In this document: in pieces, positions 32,781 to 44,215 of the stretch
How positions within the stretch are numbered: position 1 is the stretch's first letter
Layout: each line of letters opens with the position of its first letter
Assembly: GCA_039621445.1 (NCBI GenBank)
Contig: CP154954.1
Location: 9,116,634-9,180,633 of the forward strand
Length of the DNA: 64,000 nt
From: Euglena gracilis
Lineage: Eukaryota
Reading direction: 5' to 3'
Notes under the pieces: generated by a model
Seen by the model: only the letters and a program-made list of their open reading frames with translations
Databases searched by the model: none
Told to the model about the DNA's origin: nothing
Made by a program: the position numbers and the translations under genes

Positions 32781-35700
32781 CTACTCAGAGGATTGGGCGA
32801 TGGGAGGAGTGTCTTTCACCCCCTTCGGCCCCTTCTCCTCCGACTTTGGAGGCCCACCCCCCCAACGAGCCTTTTGTGCAAACGAGCATTTTCTGAAGTC
32901 ATGGATGAACTCCCTGCCCGCCTTTTTGCATGTGAAGCACTCCCCCTTGGACGAAGGGGATTTTGCACTCGGGCCCTTTCCCTGGGAGGCTGGTTTCCCA
33001 CCCCACTTCTCCGGGTAGGATTGAGCCTTCGGCTTCCAAGATGATTTCCCTTTGGTCGGAGAATCTTTCTTGGTAGTTTCCCCCCCACCGTTCTTGGGAG
33101 GGTCATCAACAAAAACTCGCACTTTTGCTGGGGAGGGGGATTTTGGCTTTTCCTCCAACCCATATGCATTCCGAGTGGCAACATATTCCTGCTCCGTCCG
33201 CAGGAATGAGGTGACAAATTCAAAAATTTCATCACCCGTCATTTGATATTCATGACAGGTTGCAGAAACTTTCAGACCATCCATGAGGAACCCATCCAAA
33301 GCCAAGAATTGATCCCGTTCGGCTTTGTCGTGGCACTCAAACACATAACTCCCCACCCCCTCATGGTGTCTCGGGAGTCGGTGTCCAATCACCCCCCTCA
33401 ACTCCTGGAGAAACGGTTCACCCATGAGATTCCGGGGGAGGGAAATGCGAACCCACGGTTTGTCCCTCCTTTTTTTGGCCTGCTCAATCATCACCTTTTT
33501 TTGCAAAAATGGGGGCATCTTGCAGAAAATGAGTTGCCATTCCTCGGCATCGGTTCGGTCTTCCACTCGGTCCCTTTTGGCCACAAACTGCGCCTCAAAT
33601 TTCACCCAATCCAAAAGGGTGAGTTGTGCGTTGGGGGGACCCGAGCATTTGAGTGACACCCGATGCCAATCAGCCCTACTTTGTCTGAGGGTATCCACCC
33701 CAAACTCTCTCCGAAATTCTTCCCGAAAACTTTTGTAGGTCATGTTTCTGTCCCTACTCATTCGGGTTTTCAGTTTTAGGGATGTTGCCTCATCGAGGCA
33801 GCTGCGAAACTCCATCAACATGGCAAAATCGGAGAGATGGTAGGGGGAGGTTTCTTGGATTATTCTTTCCACCTCCTCCCATTTTCTTTCAAACTCGGGG
33901 GCATCTTGCACCAACCCAGAAAATCGAGGTTTTTCCATTTGTCGCCAAACCTCTTGCATAATGGGGTTCATTGGTGCCATTGCCATAAATCCCGGAACAC
34001 CTTGCCCCAAAACGTTGACATGGGTTTGGGGACCCATGCTTTCAAAATTGTTTGGGCTCGGTGCAAAAGAAAAAGGAGTGTTCATGGGCATGAAACCGGG
34101 AGGTGCTTGTGAGGGTTGAACAATGGGTTTTGGTGGCACCAGCCTTGCTGTGGTGGTTTGAGTTGAAGAACCACCATCCTTCGGGTTGTTCGCAAAAGTT
34201 GCACCCGAACTTTGACCCGAATCGCTGGTCCCCCTCCCCAAATCTTGCAACGGGGGGGGTCGCAATTCCCCCTTGCGTTGAATTCGCAAGGCTGCCATTT
34301 CTTCCCTCAACTTCAGAATTTCGTTTTCCAACTCCATCACCCGGGGGGATTTTCTTGCAGGGTCCTCGGGTTTGGGGTTGGTCGGGGGATTCATGCTATG
34401 GATGGGGGGGGGGCAATTCCACGGGTTGCCTCGGCACACCCGTGACCACTGGTGCTGGTGCAGCTTGCGGCTGTGGCTTTGCTGTAGAAGTCGTAGTACT
34501 TGTTGTACAGCTCGGCCGGGTCGGGAGCCCAGCCTCCTTTGGGGCCTTGGCCTCGACGGGGGCCTTGGCTTCGGTGGGGGCCTTGGTCTCGGTGGGGGCC
34601 TTGGTTTCTTGCCGTTGCTGCTCCTGCACCTTGGTGATGAGGGCCCCTACGAGAGGTTGGAGCCCCCCCAAGGCACCCTCCAATGCCGATGTTTTTTCAT
34701 GCAAGAACTGAACCTTCTGGGTCAAAACCCCCATGGATTCTCGCAAGATGGGTAGGTTTCCCATACCCCCCTCAACTTGCTCGATCCTTGCCCCCAAGGA
34801 TTGAATTGCAGTTTCCATGGCTGTCCCCATTTGAGCCACTTTCTTCTCCCCCAATTCCATTTGTTGAAAAATGTGGAGTTGATCCCGTAAACTCTCCTTT
34901 TGGATGGTGTCCATCAATTTTTTGTCCCATGAAGCATTCATGGTCTGCATTTCACCACCCATTTCCTCGGAAAGTTCTCTCCACATGACTTGGACTTCCC
35001 CCCGCACATCATCGAAAAGCTGATGCACCTCCTTCTCAAATTTTTCCATCCCCAACCGGAAGGAATCCATGGTTTGCCTTTGAGAAATGACCTCGGTCCC
35101 CAAAGATTGGACATTTTGGGCCCCCTCGCTCCCATGAGCTGAAAGGAGCATGGCCTCCCTAGCCCCCCTTTCCACCCGTTCCTCTACAGAGTGGATTTGG
35201 AGCTTTTGGGCCATACATTCAGCATTGGTATTTTGCACCAACGCCGAAAGGGTTGAAATGTCCCTCCCCCCTTTTTCCATCCGTTCTTCTACCGAATGGA
35301 TTAGGAGTTTTTGGGTTTGAAATTCGGCCCCTGCACTTCTCATCCAAGCAACCAACTCCTCGCACGAATTTCGCAAGGATTGGATTTCCTTCATGTGAAT
35401 TTCTTGGTTTTTGAGGAAATTTTCATTTTCCCTCTGAAGAACCAAAAGTGTGCCCTTGATCTCCGGCACAACTTGTTCAAACTTTGCCATGTAGGGGAAA
35501 ACCACCTTTTCCATGGCTTGAACACCTAAAAATGCTTGATTTGCAACCTCCCTTGCCGTCAAATCGGCAAAGTTTTGAACACCGGTTGCAGAACTTTCGG
35601 TGGGTCTTTCACAAATTTCTGGTACCTCCGGATCTTCGCTATGATAATCCGGGGGGTCCAAATCGGAGGGGTTTTCTTCCTCCATTGCCTCCCCCTCACC

Positions 35701-36268
35701 AGCTACCCTAATCATGCACACCCTAGCTACCGTGTTCTCATCCACGGTGATTGGGCATACAACGGGAGGTGGAGGAGGGGCACACCGATAGGGAGGGGGC
35801 TGGTCATAGCTCTGATTCGGCCAATTGCAAGGGCCCTTCGGGCCATCTTGGACTCTGTCTTGAATTGGTTGCCATTTGAAACCATCTTGATTGAGGAGCT
35901 GTGGACACGAGGGGTTTTCAAAGCCACAACCCCCGTCACAGCCGGAACCAAGGTCATGGGGGGCATTTTCAAAATCACCTCCCCCATTATGGCAGAAATA
36001 GTTGCTTTGAGTCCCGATTTGACCTTGCCCAAAAACCTCCCGAACTTCACCAACCAAAATCGGCTTGGTTTCTGTTCTGGAATCCTCTGAAGGATCGGTG
36101 TTGCTATTCACCGATTTGAGCAAAACTTTGGAGGGATTTTCCACTCCCCCCTCGAAATGCCCAAAGACAGTCTCTGTTAGGGATCTTGCAGGAAAGTTGG
36201 TTGAAAAGGAGAATTCACCACCACTCTTTCCATGGCTCAGATCACAGGGGGGATTCTCCGGACAGGCA
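32781..36268 (-). CDS. gag: Gag-like ORF1 of element B (one frameshift in a homopolymer near 34410; start uncertain)
   Basis: Coiled-coil-like N-terminal part, capsid-like RFSGLVQDAPEFERKW, and C-terminal knuckle-like CFTCKKAGREFIHDFRKC. Confidence 0.78.
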
Positions 36269-36281
36269 CCTCTGCATACCA
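36269..36281 (-). promoter_or_regulatory. Primer-binding site of element B (tRNAi-Met-like, 1-nt bulge)
   Basis: TGGTATGCAGAGG directly after the LTR end ..TTAACA. Confidence 0.75.
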
Positions 36282-38675
36282 TGTTAAGTCCTAAGGCGGA
36301 GGGACCTTCGGTACCTCCGTTTCCCCTAGGTTGCGTAGGATCGATTAACCTATCCGGCCTCGCATCCCCTGTTGCCTGAGCCCAACCACCCATTTCTAGA
36401 TCCTCCTCCCCAACCCAGATCCCTTTTTTCTGGCAACCCAGCACACCGCCATAAGGAGGTGTCGCTCCTCCCGCCGGCGCTTCTTCCCCATTTCTTTTGC
36501 ACTGGTGCGCACTAACATTCTCAATTGGAATTCCATTCCCTAAAATAAAAGAAACAATTGCACAAAAAGTGGAGGACATTGAAGAAAGTACTTGCGGGGT
36601 TGTTCGAGGTGCGAGGGTAGGCGCGACGTGCACTTTAGGCTTGTCAACACCCAAAACTTGAGAATCCCAATAGTATTGTCAAGTAACCACAAAGATAAAC
36701 CACAACAATCAGATCCACAGATTGAATTGGCAATAATCAATTGATCCAATGATGTGGCCCAAAAGAAGACCCACCTGAGATTAGAAAGGGGGGGAGTAGG
36801 CACAACCCTTTCCTACCGCGCTGATTGCGCGCTTTTCTGGGTTATCTTCCCCACACCCATCCCAGGTATGCGCGCCCGGCTCCCAGCCGGGCGCTCACCA
36901 CCACGCTCCCCAAGGCATGGTGTATTCAAACCCCCAGGTCCATAACCCTTTGCGCTCACACTTCCCCAACCCAAAATTTGGAGTTGCGTGGGCTTGCGTC
37001 CCTTCCCACACCCATTGCCGCTTTTAGCGTATAAAAATTGCCCCTTGCCTCAAAAAATGGCGCATGGGTCCAAGCGGCGCCTTAGGCGTCTAAGGGAAGT
37101 ATTGGGTAAAGGACCAAACTGATGTCGGAGAGAAAGACCATTCGGGCTCCGCACTGCGAGATGGTGAGGTCCTGCTTTCCTTGCCGGCTGTTCTGTTCTG
37201 GTGTGTTTGTGCGTGCGCGGGGAGTGCTTCTTACTGCTTTTTGTTGCCGGAGTTGGCTGATTCCTATTTCTGCCCTTCGACCTCAAGGAGAAAGAGTTTT
37301 ACTACTACGAGTTCAAGTGGAATTGTTTTTCGAGGAGTTCTACCTTCCCGAGAACCAATACTCTTACCAACTGGTGGACCGAACTTTCTGTGGAACTTCA
37401 ACTTCCTGCAGGAAGAATTCAACTGGAACTGGAAGAAATTCAAGAAAGAAGAACAAGAAACACAACAGATATCGACAACTGGATTTCCATGAAGAATGAA
37501 TTTCAAAGAAACTCTGAATCTCAAGAAGAACTGCAAAGAACTTTCAAGAAGTCAGCTGAAGCTGGGGAAGGTGGAGTCACAGCAGCAGCTGCAGAAGCTG
37601 GAGGGGCGGCAGCAACTAGCCAGTCCGTGGCCATCGCAACCCCCCCACCCCCCAAGGCTTCTGAGATTTTCAAATCCCCCTCTCAACATGAGAATGGCCA
37701 TGGACCATGGACAACTGTGGTCAGGAAGAGAAGACAGAAGGGGAATACCATCACAGGTCCAACAGACTCCCCCCCCTTTTCTATGTCCACCCCCTTCCAG
37801 GGGTCAAGACAAAGGCTATGGCAGCCTTTCAACAAATCCAAAGGATTCAAATTATCATGGCTATGGCAGCCATCAACAAAAAGGACCTGGGGTCCAAATT
37901 CAAGGCTATGGAAGCCATTACTCAAGAGGGCAGTGGGCCCAGGGGACAGGCTATGGCAGCCAGTACCCCAACCTGGAAAGAGCCCATTGGGGAAAGGTGT
38001 GTCCAACTTTCCCCCCAGCAATTTCAGACACAAACCCCCCAGGAGTGGCAAGCCAATGCCAAGAACAGGCCATGGTGGCCTTTATGGGAAATCAAGAGGG
38101 ACAGAGAAGAGACAGTCCCAGAGAAAAGGCCAATGGAGGCCAAGCAAGCCTGAGAGCCAAGGGAGGCCAGAAGGCAAATGGTGGCCAAGCAGGCCTGAGT
38201 GCCAGGGGAGGCCAGAAGGCAAATGGTGGCCAAGGCAATCACCACATCAGCCCTTGGGGGGGAGGCCCAAGATTGGCTCAGACAGGCCCCCCCCAGAAGA
38301 TAATCAGCCCAGCCTTGTATATACCCCCTCATTTCAGGCACAGACCTTCCCCCATCATTCACAAACAGGGGGAAAGCCTGTCTTTGGAAAGCCCTATGGC
38401 AGGGCCAGCTACAGCCCCAGTGATGGGGCAACCAGGGGTGACCCCAGTGATGGGGCAACCAAGGGGAAGGACCCCAGTGATGGGGCCTGTGGAGTCCCCA
38501 GACACATTACACCCAGGGGTACCCCCTTACAAAGCCCTGCAGACCAGCATCCCCCATTGGGTCAAGGCAGGAGCCAGCAGAGAGGTATTAAACCTGATAA
38601 GGGAGGGAGTTATGGCAGATCTTCCCCTCCCCCCTCTAATGTCCTTAAAAGTTCCCTTCAAATCTCTAGGAAGTA

Positions 38676-40436
38676 ATGACTGCTCAAAAAATTCTGAGAG
38701 AATACGAATGTGCAGGGGCAACCAGGCAAATCCCCCCAGAGGAGGCAAAACATTTTGTCCCTTACTTCATAATTTCCAAAAAAGAAGGGGAAAAGACCAA
38801 GGAAAGACTGATTTCAGATTGTCGACAGTTAAATCACTATTTCACCCCCCAGAAGTTCAGGCTGGAACACATGGGAAACATTTTCCCATACCTAAGAAAA
38901 GGATGGTTCTGTGGAAAAATAGATCTGAAAGATGCTTATTTTCACCTAAAACTGCACAGCAGCCTGGAAAAACATGTCTGCATGCAAGTGGGGGGGGAAA
39001 CTTGGCAGTTTCAAGCTGCATGTTTTGGTATAAGCAGCCTGCCACAAAAATTTATGACTCTCATGAGAGTCTGGGAAAGGAAGTGGAGAAAGGAGGGAAA
39101 GGTAGTTTTCATCTACCTAGACGACATTTTGCTGTTAGCCCCCAGCAAAAAGACTGCAGCCCAACATTTGGCAGAAATAAAGCAGGACCTTTTATTGGCA
39201 GGTTTCAGATTAAACCTCCCCAAATCCTGTCTGGAACCCACACAGGAAATAAAACATTTGGGCCAGTGGGTCAATTTGAAAAAGGGCCAGCTGGAAATCC
39301 CACAGGAAAAATTAAAATCCTTAAGAAAGGAGCTGGGAAAAGTGCTCACAGCACAAAAAATGAGCTGCAGAAAACTCAGCTCTATTGTGGGGCAAGTCAG
39401 AAGCTATTTAGTCTCCATGCCATTTCTCAGAATTCTGACAGATCAACTTTGCAAAATGGTGGATTTGCACACAAAGTGGGGTTGGGACCACACCCTAACC
39501 ATTCCCCAAGGGGTCAAAGATCAAATTGTGGAGTTAAAAGCGTTTTTGCAGCCAGGTGTGGGCAGAGCCTTTCAATCCCAGGCCTCTCAGGATCTGTTTT
39601 CAGACAGCAGCACCTGGCAGTGGGGGGGGCTGGACAAAAACTCAGGCCAAAAAGTGCAGGATTTTTGGAGGGACCTGCACATCCTTCACATCAACCAAAA
39701 AGAATTGATGTCAGCAGTGGAGACAGTAAAAAGTCTGGCAAAACCAAAACAAACCATAATGCTTCATGTGGACAGCCAAGTGGCTGTAAGTTATCTAACA
39801 AAATGGGGAGGCAAAAAGCCCTACCTAAATTCCATTTTAAAACCCCTGCTGTATCATTGCCAAGAAAAGCAAATCAATTTGCAGGTGGTTTGGGTTCCCA
39901 CAAAAGAGCAATTGGCAGACTCCCTGACCAGGGAGCAAAAGGACCCAGGGGATTATACCCTAAACCTACATATCTTTCACCAAATCCTGAAATTTTTCAG
40001 ACAGGACATCACCCCAGAGGTGGACATGTTTTGCACACCCAGCAACAAAAAATTCCCCAAGTTTGTTTGTCGATACCCCCACCAAGGGGCTTTGCTGGTG
40101 GATGCCTTGAAGGCAGATTTGAGGGGCCTCCCCCCAGTTTATGCAAACCCCCCCTGGAGCATCATTCCCCAATGGGTTCAGAGATTAATGGTAAACCCAG
40201 ACCTGACTTGTCTGTTGATCGTACCCCACTGGGCTTCAACATCATGGTGGCGCCAATTAATGGCAATCAGAAAGCCAGGCAGCAAAGTTTTGTTGGTACC
40301 CCCCCAATGGGGTCTATTCACCAACTGCTGGGGGGAGGAGATGCCCCCCCCAAGGTGGAAATTGGCCTGCTTGATTGTGTCAGGCAAATATTACAATCCC
40401 AGGAAGTTTCGATGTCCAGTATCGACACTTACATAA
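38676..40436 (+). CDS. DIRS RT / RNase H / adenine-MTase-like ORF (copy 2; true start probably upstream of a 1-bp indel at ~38670)
   Basis: YLDD, FSDSS, HINQKEL, LADSL and YANPPW motifs. Confidence 0.9.
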   Translation: MTAQKILREYECAGATRQIPPEEAKHFVPYFIISKKEGEKTKERLISDCRQLNHYFTPQKFRLEHMGNIFPYLRKGWFCGKIDLKDAYFHLKLHSSLEKHVCMQVGGETWQFQAACFGISSLPQKFMTLMRVWERKWRKEGKVVFIYLDDILLLAPSKKTAAQHLAEIKQDLLLAGFRLNLPKSCLEPTQEIKHLGQWVNLKKGQLEIPQEKLKSLRKELGKVLTAQKMSCRKLSSIVGQVRSYLVSMPFLRILTDQLCKMVDLHTKWGWDHTLTIPQGVKDQIVELKAFLQPGVGRAFQSQASQDLFSDSSTWQWGGLDKNSGQKVQDFWRDLHILHINQKELMSAVETVKSLAKPKQTIMLHVDSQVAVSYLTKWGGKKPYLNSILKPLLYHCQEKQINLQVVWVPTKEQLADSLTREQKDPGDYTLNLHIFHQILKFFRQDITPEVDMFCTPSNKKFPKFVCRYPHQGALLVDALKADLRGLPPVYANPPWSIIPQWVQRLMVNPDLTCLLIVPHWASTSWWRQLMAIRKPGSKVLLVPPQWGLFTNCWGEEMPPPRWKLACLIVSGKYYNPRKFRCPVSTLT

Positions 40437-41647
40437 AAAATCTGGGAAATGTCAAAAGATATGATTCAGCCTTCAGGACATTGGTGGGCCAATTGTTGCA
40501 CAAAGGGGTGCCCCTGCAGGACTGCACAGTCCACAAGATGGCCGAGGCCATCCTTGATTTGGCTGCCCACAGCCTCAACACTGCACGAAATGCATATGCA
40601 GCAGTTTTATTACTCCCAGGGTTTGGGTCATTGAGGTTTTCCCCTCTTTTGTCTCCATTGAAAAGGAAGTGGAATTCCAATGTCTGCAAGTATGCCCATT
40701 TCTGGGACCCCACTGATTTCTTAGAAAACATCATCAGGAAATCCAAACCCCTCTCAGACCTGTCTGTGAAAGAGCTCAGAAACAGACTCATCATCTGTTG
40801 GAGGCTGTTAGCCCTCCACAGGGGGGTTGATTTAGCCAGAACCCAGCGAAAAATCAGTTTCGTGGGAGAAAAAATTTTCATTTTATTGCAAAGGAAAGGG
40901 TGGCAATTCCCAAGATGGGAGGAGATTTTGAATTTGCCACACACCCCCCTCATCAGCCCCTGGCATTTATTGAAAGAATATGTGGAAAGGACAGCCCACA
41001 TGGTTGGACACAAAAATAATTTGTTATGGTCTTTGGATGGTAAAAGACCTTTGACATCAGAAAGGGTGAATTCCCTTACCAAAGAAATTCTGCAAGAGGG
41101 GGGGGTGGACACCACCCATTGGAAACCCCACAGCACCAGAGGGGCTGGGGTCTTATGGTGGAAAAATGCTGGTTTGCAAGTGGAAGAAGTCCAGCAGCTG
41201 GGTCAGTGGAAAAATTTTGGGGCCTTCCAAGCCCATTATTTGCGACTTGGGGTCGTATCAAAAATTCAAAATATTATGGCCCAAAGGGGGGTGCACAGTA
41301 CCTCACCATCTCGCAGTGCGGAGCCCGAATGGTCTCGGACTCCCACGACAGAGGAAGGGGGAGGAAGGGACCAAGAGGGCGAAGCACAAGAAGATGGTGA
41401 GCCCAACCCTCCCACCCAAAAAATCAGCAGAAAACGAAAGACATCCCAACCAGAAAGGGGACCCCCGACCAAGCAGCCCCAACCACCCACCCAGAAACAC
41501 AGAAAGAGACCACCATCCCCATCAGGGGGGGGGCCCCCCACCAAGCGACCATGGGAGAGGGGGGGGGCGGGGCCACGGCGGTTCAGCTTCGCCAAGGTGT
41601 CGGAGGAGGCCTCATCATCGCCAACTCCGGCAACAAAGGCGCAGTAA
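40340..41647 (+). CDS. DIRS tyrosine recombinase
   Basis: Catalytic pattern R (LHRGVDL), HxxR (HSTRG), W (LGQW), Y (AHYL). Confidence 0.9.
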   Translation, partial: DAPPKVEIGLLDCVRQILQSQEVSMSSIDTYIKNLGNVKRYDSAFRTLVGQLLHKGVPLQDCTVHKMAEAILDLAAHSLNTARNAYAAVLLLPGFGSLRFSPLLSPLKRKWNSNVCKYAHFWDPTDFLENIIRKSKPLSDLSVKELRNRLIICWRLLALHRGVDLARTQRKISFVGEKIFILLQRKGWQFPRWEEILNLPHTPLISPWHLLKEYVERTAHMVGHKNNLLWSLDGKRPLTSERVNSLTKEILQEGGVDTTHWKPHSTRGAGVLWWKNAGLQVEEVQQLGQWKNFGAFQAHYLRLGVVSKIQNIMAQRGVHSTSPSRSAEPEWSRTPTTEEGGGRDQEGEAQEDGEPNPPTQKISRKRKTSQPERGPPTKQPQPPTQKHRKRPPSPSGGGPPTKRPWERGGAGPRRFSFAKVSEEASSSPTPATKAQ

Positions 41648-42744
41648 GAAGCACTCCCCGCGCACGCACAAACACACCAGAACAGAACAGCCGGCAAGGA
41701 AAGCAGGACCTCACCATCTTCTTGTGCTTCGCCCTCTTGGTCCCTTCCTCCCCCTTCCTCTGTCGTGGGAGTCCGAAAAGGGGGGGGGCGTCCGTCTTGC
41801 GCTCCCCCTAAAAAAACCAAAAATACGCTTTGCCGACCAATCAAAATATGACCTCCGCCCTTCACCTTGGGGGGGGGGGGTTGGTCGACTCCGCACAAGT
41901 CAAACCGCGGGCTTAGCCTTCTCCCCCACCAAAAAACCACTCCTTTCCCTCACAAGTGGTCGAGGGGATTCACCACCCGGGTTATTTCCCTTTCAACCGA
42001 CCGCTCGGCACGGCCGGCGTCCCAAAGGGCAAAAATACACCTCCGGTCCCAACACTAGCTCCATCCACCAAAATGCCGAAAATGGCAAAAAATGTGTTAG
42101 AAAATTTTGTTTTTCACCGACCCAGCCCAGCCCGGGACCCCCCCCCACCCCCCCCGGGGGGGGGGTCCAGCCAGCAGCTCAAATCCAGCCAGCAGCCTTT
42201 TTGCCAGCCGGAGGCTGGACCCCCCCCCCCCGGGGGGTCCTTAAGAAATTCCCTGGTTGGCGTCCCACATTAAAAACTTCCCAGTCCCGAGGGGTGGAGT
42301 CAAACATGGTAAGCATGTTACATGAGAGTGGAAGTTGAAAACTGCAAAATGTGGAAATTGAAATAGCAAAACACCTTGAACTTTTATAGCGATGGCAAAG
42401 CTTTGCAAAGCTGGAGGGCAAACAGCGGCGGATATTCGGCAACGCTGTTCTCGCTGATTCCATAGCATATGGCACTGCCAACAGCTATGCCAACAACTGC
42501 AATTCTTGGGGTCAGACTCAGGCCTCATTTGCATTCTCCCAACTCAGTCAGGTGATGGAACCAAGGCTGAAATTGACCAATTGACGAGGTGGGGGGATTT
42601 GGAGCTGTGGAGTGCATGTGGCCTCAACGGGGGGGGGGGGGCACCGCCCGGATAGCACGCAAATCCAAAATATCTTCAAAATCCCGTCCACGGGGGAAAA
42701 GAAACAGAAAAGGAGATTCTTGCACAATGGGCTTTTGCTCAAAG

Positions 42745-44090
42745 CAGGGATTTGTGCTTATCCTTTTTTGGGGGGTCAAATTCTTATCCGTAGTTATCCG
42801 TAGTTATCCGTAGTTATCCGTAGTTATCCGTAGTTATCCTTATTTGCTAAAATATCCTTCCTGACAGGGGGTATCCATCTAGAAATAGCTGTAATTGAAA
42901 GGATGAAGAGAGTTGATCATCATAAACCTCAGGAATGCCTAAACTTCGTGAAATATGACAATCTAAACAGAAAACGACAAGCATCCAAGGCAGATGGAAA
43001 CGACAATGTCCGGTGTGGGTTTTTAATCTTTCATCCACCGTTGTTCACAATCACCGTTGCAGAACATGCCAACGGCCGCCCGCCGGAGGCTAGACAACAT
43101 CCTCTGTCGGTTTTTAACATCAATGACACCGGCCAAACTGAAAGCAGCCCATCCCTTTATAGGATGCACGCTGCCAAATGGAAAATTGTTGCGAAAATGG
43201 GTTGATATGCTGCTTTGAGCACAGAAGCTGCATCAGAGACAAATGCAACAACCCTGCCAGCAGAAATTCCCATGCTCCTTAAAACCTCATTGACCTCCTT
43301 AGCAAGTTCTTCGAAAAAAGACGACATTACTTTTCTTCTTAGAAAACAAACCTCGGTGCTCAACGCCATCGTTTGGCCCTTGACAAACCAGAGTGCGAGT
43401 TGCCACAACCCACGAACTTGGGCCAGAACCAACCAAAATATTGATAAATGGCATGCCCTTGTGAATCTGTCTATTCATCAGTTCCAATCCACACTTTTTT
43501 GCCAGAGATTGATTTCCGAATGCTTGCGATGTGGGTTGAAAACACCCGGACAGAGCGATACAACTGACTGCCAACCTTCAGGCTGCCATGAACAGTTGTA
43601 TACTTCCGATCCAAGGCACGGATCGAAGGGTGGCCATCATCTCACCCAATTTTAGTTGCACTCGAGGGGTGGATGGTTGTGCAACAGAAGGGTTCGTGGG
43701 GCCTGGGGGGGGGATTGATACCCAGATGCTTTCTAACACAAAACACCTGCATCTTCAGGAACCTCCATCAAAGCTGCACTTGCTCCGGGCTGTTTAACCA
43801 CCTTTGCCCCTTCCAATTTCAGGAGGGAAATCCATTGACAGGGAGAAAGAATAGAGCCTGTGGTTGAGGATGTGGATGTGCACTCAAGCTTCATGCAGTT
43901 CATGCTCATCCTCATTCGTCAAAATTTTTTGCTTATCCGTAGTTATCCGTAGTTATATAATTATCCTTATTTGGACTTTTTGGCTCATCCGTAGTTATCC
44001 GTAGTTATCCGTTTTTATCCGTATTTGGGGGTTTCGGGTTTATCCGTAGTTATCCGTAGTTATCCATTTCAGGATAAGCACAAATCCCTG
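42745..44090 (-). mobile_element. Internally deleted hAT-like DNA transposon with a transposase remnant
   Basis: 20-bp TIR CAGGGATTTGTGCTTATCCT; subterminal (TTATCCGTAG)n arrays at both ends; TSD CTCAAAG; remnant VVAFVSDAASVLKAA at 43157-43432. Confidence 0.8.
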
Positions 44091-44215
44091 CTCAAAGACA
44101 CCCGGGCGGATGATTGGCTATGACGATCCCGGAGGTCGGGCCGACCTCTGGAGGTCGATAAATACAGCCAATGAACCGCATTACCCCATTTTTTCAAAAG
44201 GCTTTTGACTATAGG

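Larger units (their letters stand above)
37135..41775 (+). mobile_element. Complete DIRS1-type tyrosine-recombinase retrotransposon (copy 2) inserted in the 5' LTR of Gypsy B
   Basis: ITRs at ~37159-37257 and ~41620-41719. Internal complementary region at 41301-41401 matches both ends. RT-RH-MT and YR ORFs are present; no TSD. Confidence 0.95.
24931..42054 (-). mobile_element. Full-length Ty3/Gypsy LTR retrotransposon B (C5-MTase between protease and RT)
   Basis: LTRs TGTT...AACA at 24931-26061 and 36282-42054 (the latter interrupted by DIRS); TSD CTAG (24927-24930, 42055-42058); PPT at 26062-26072; PBS at 36269-36281. Confidence 0.95.
24641..42255. mobile_element. hAT-type MITE (~490 bp when closed) split by Gypsy B
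   Basis: TIR CAGGGAATTTCTTAAG / CTTAAGAAATTCCCTG; 8-bp TSD GTTGGCGT (24633-24640, 42256-42263). An uninterrupted relative lies at 56229-56717. Confidence 0.92.

Noticed and set aside
36282-36654. N-terminal part of ORF 34396-36654
   Set aside because: It lies in the LTR upstream of the PBS, so it is unlikely to be part of Gag.
37496-41647. Single 1383-aa DIRS protein
   Set aside because: Comparison with copy 1 indicates that a 1-bp indel near 38670 joins the pre-RT frame to the YR frame.
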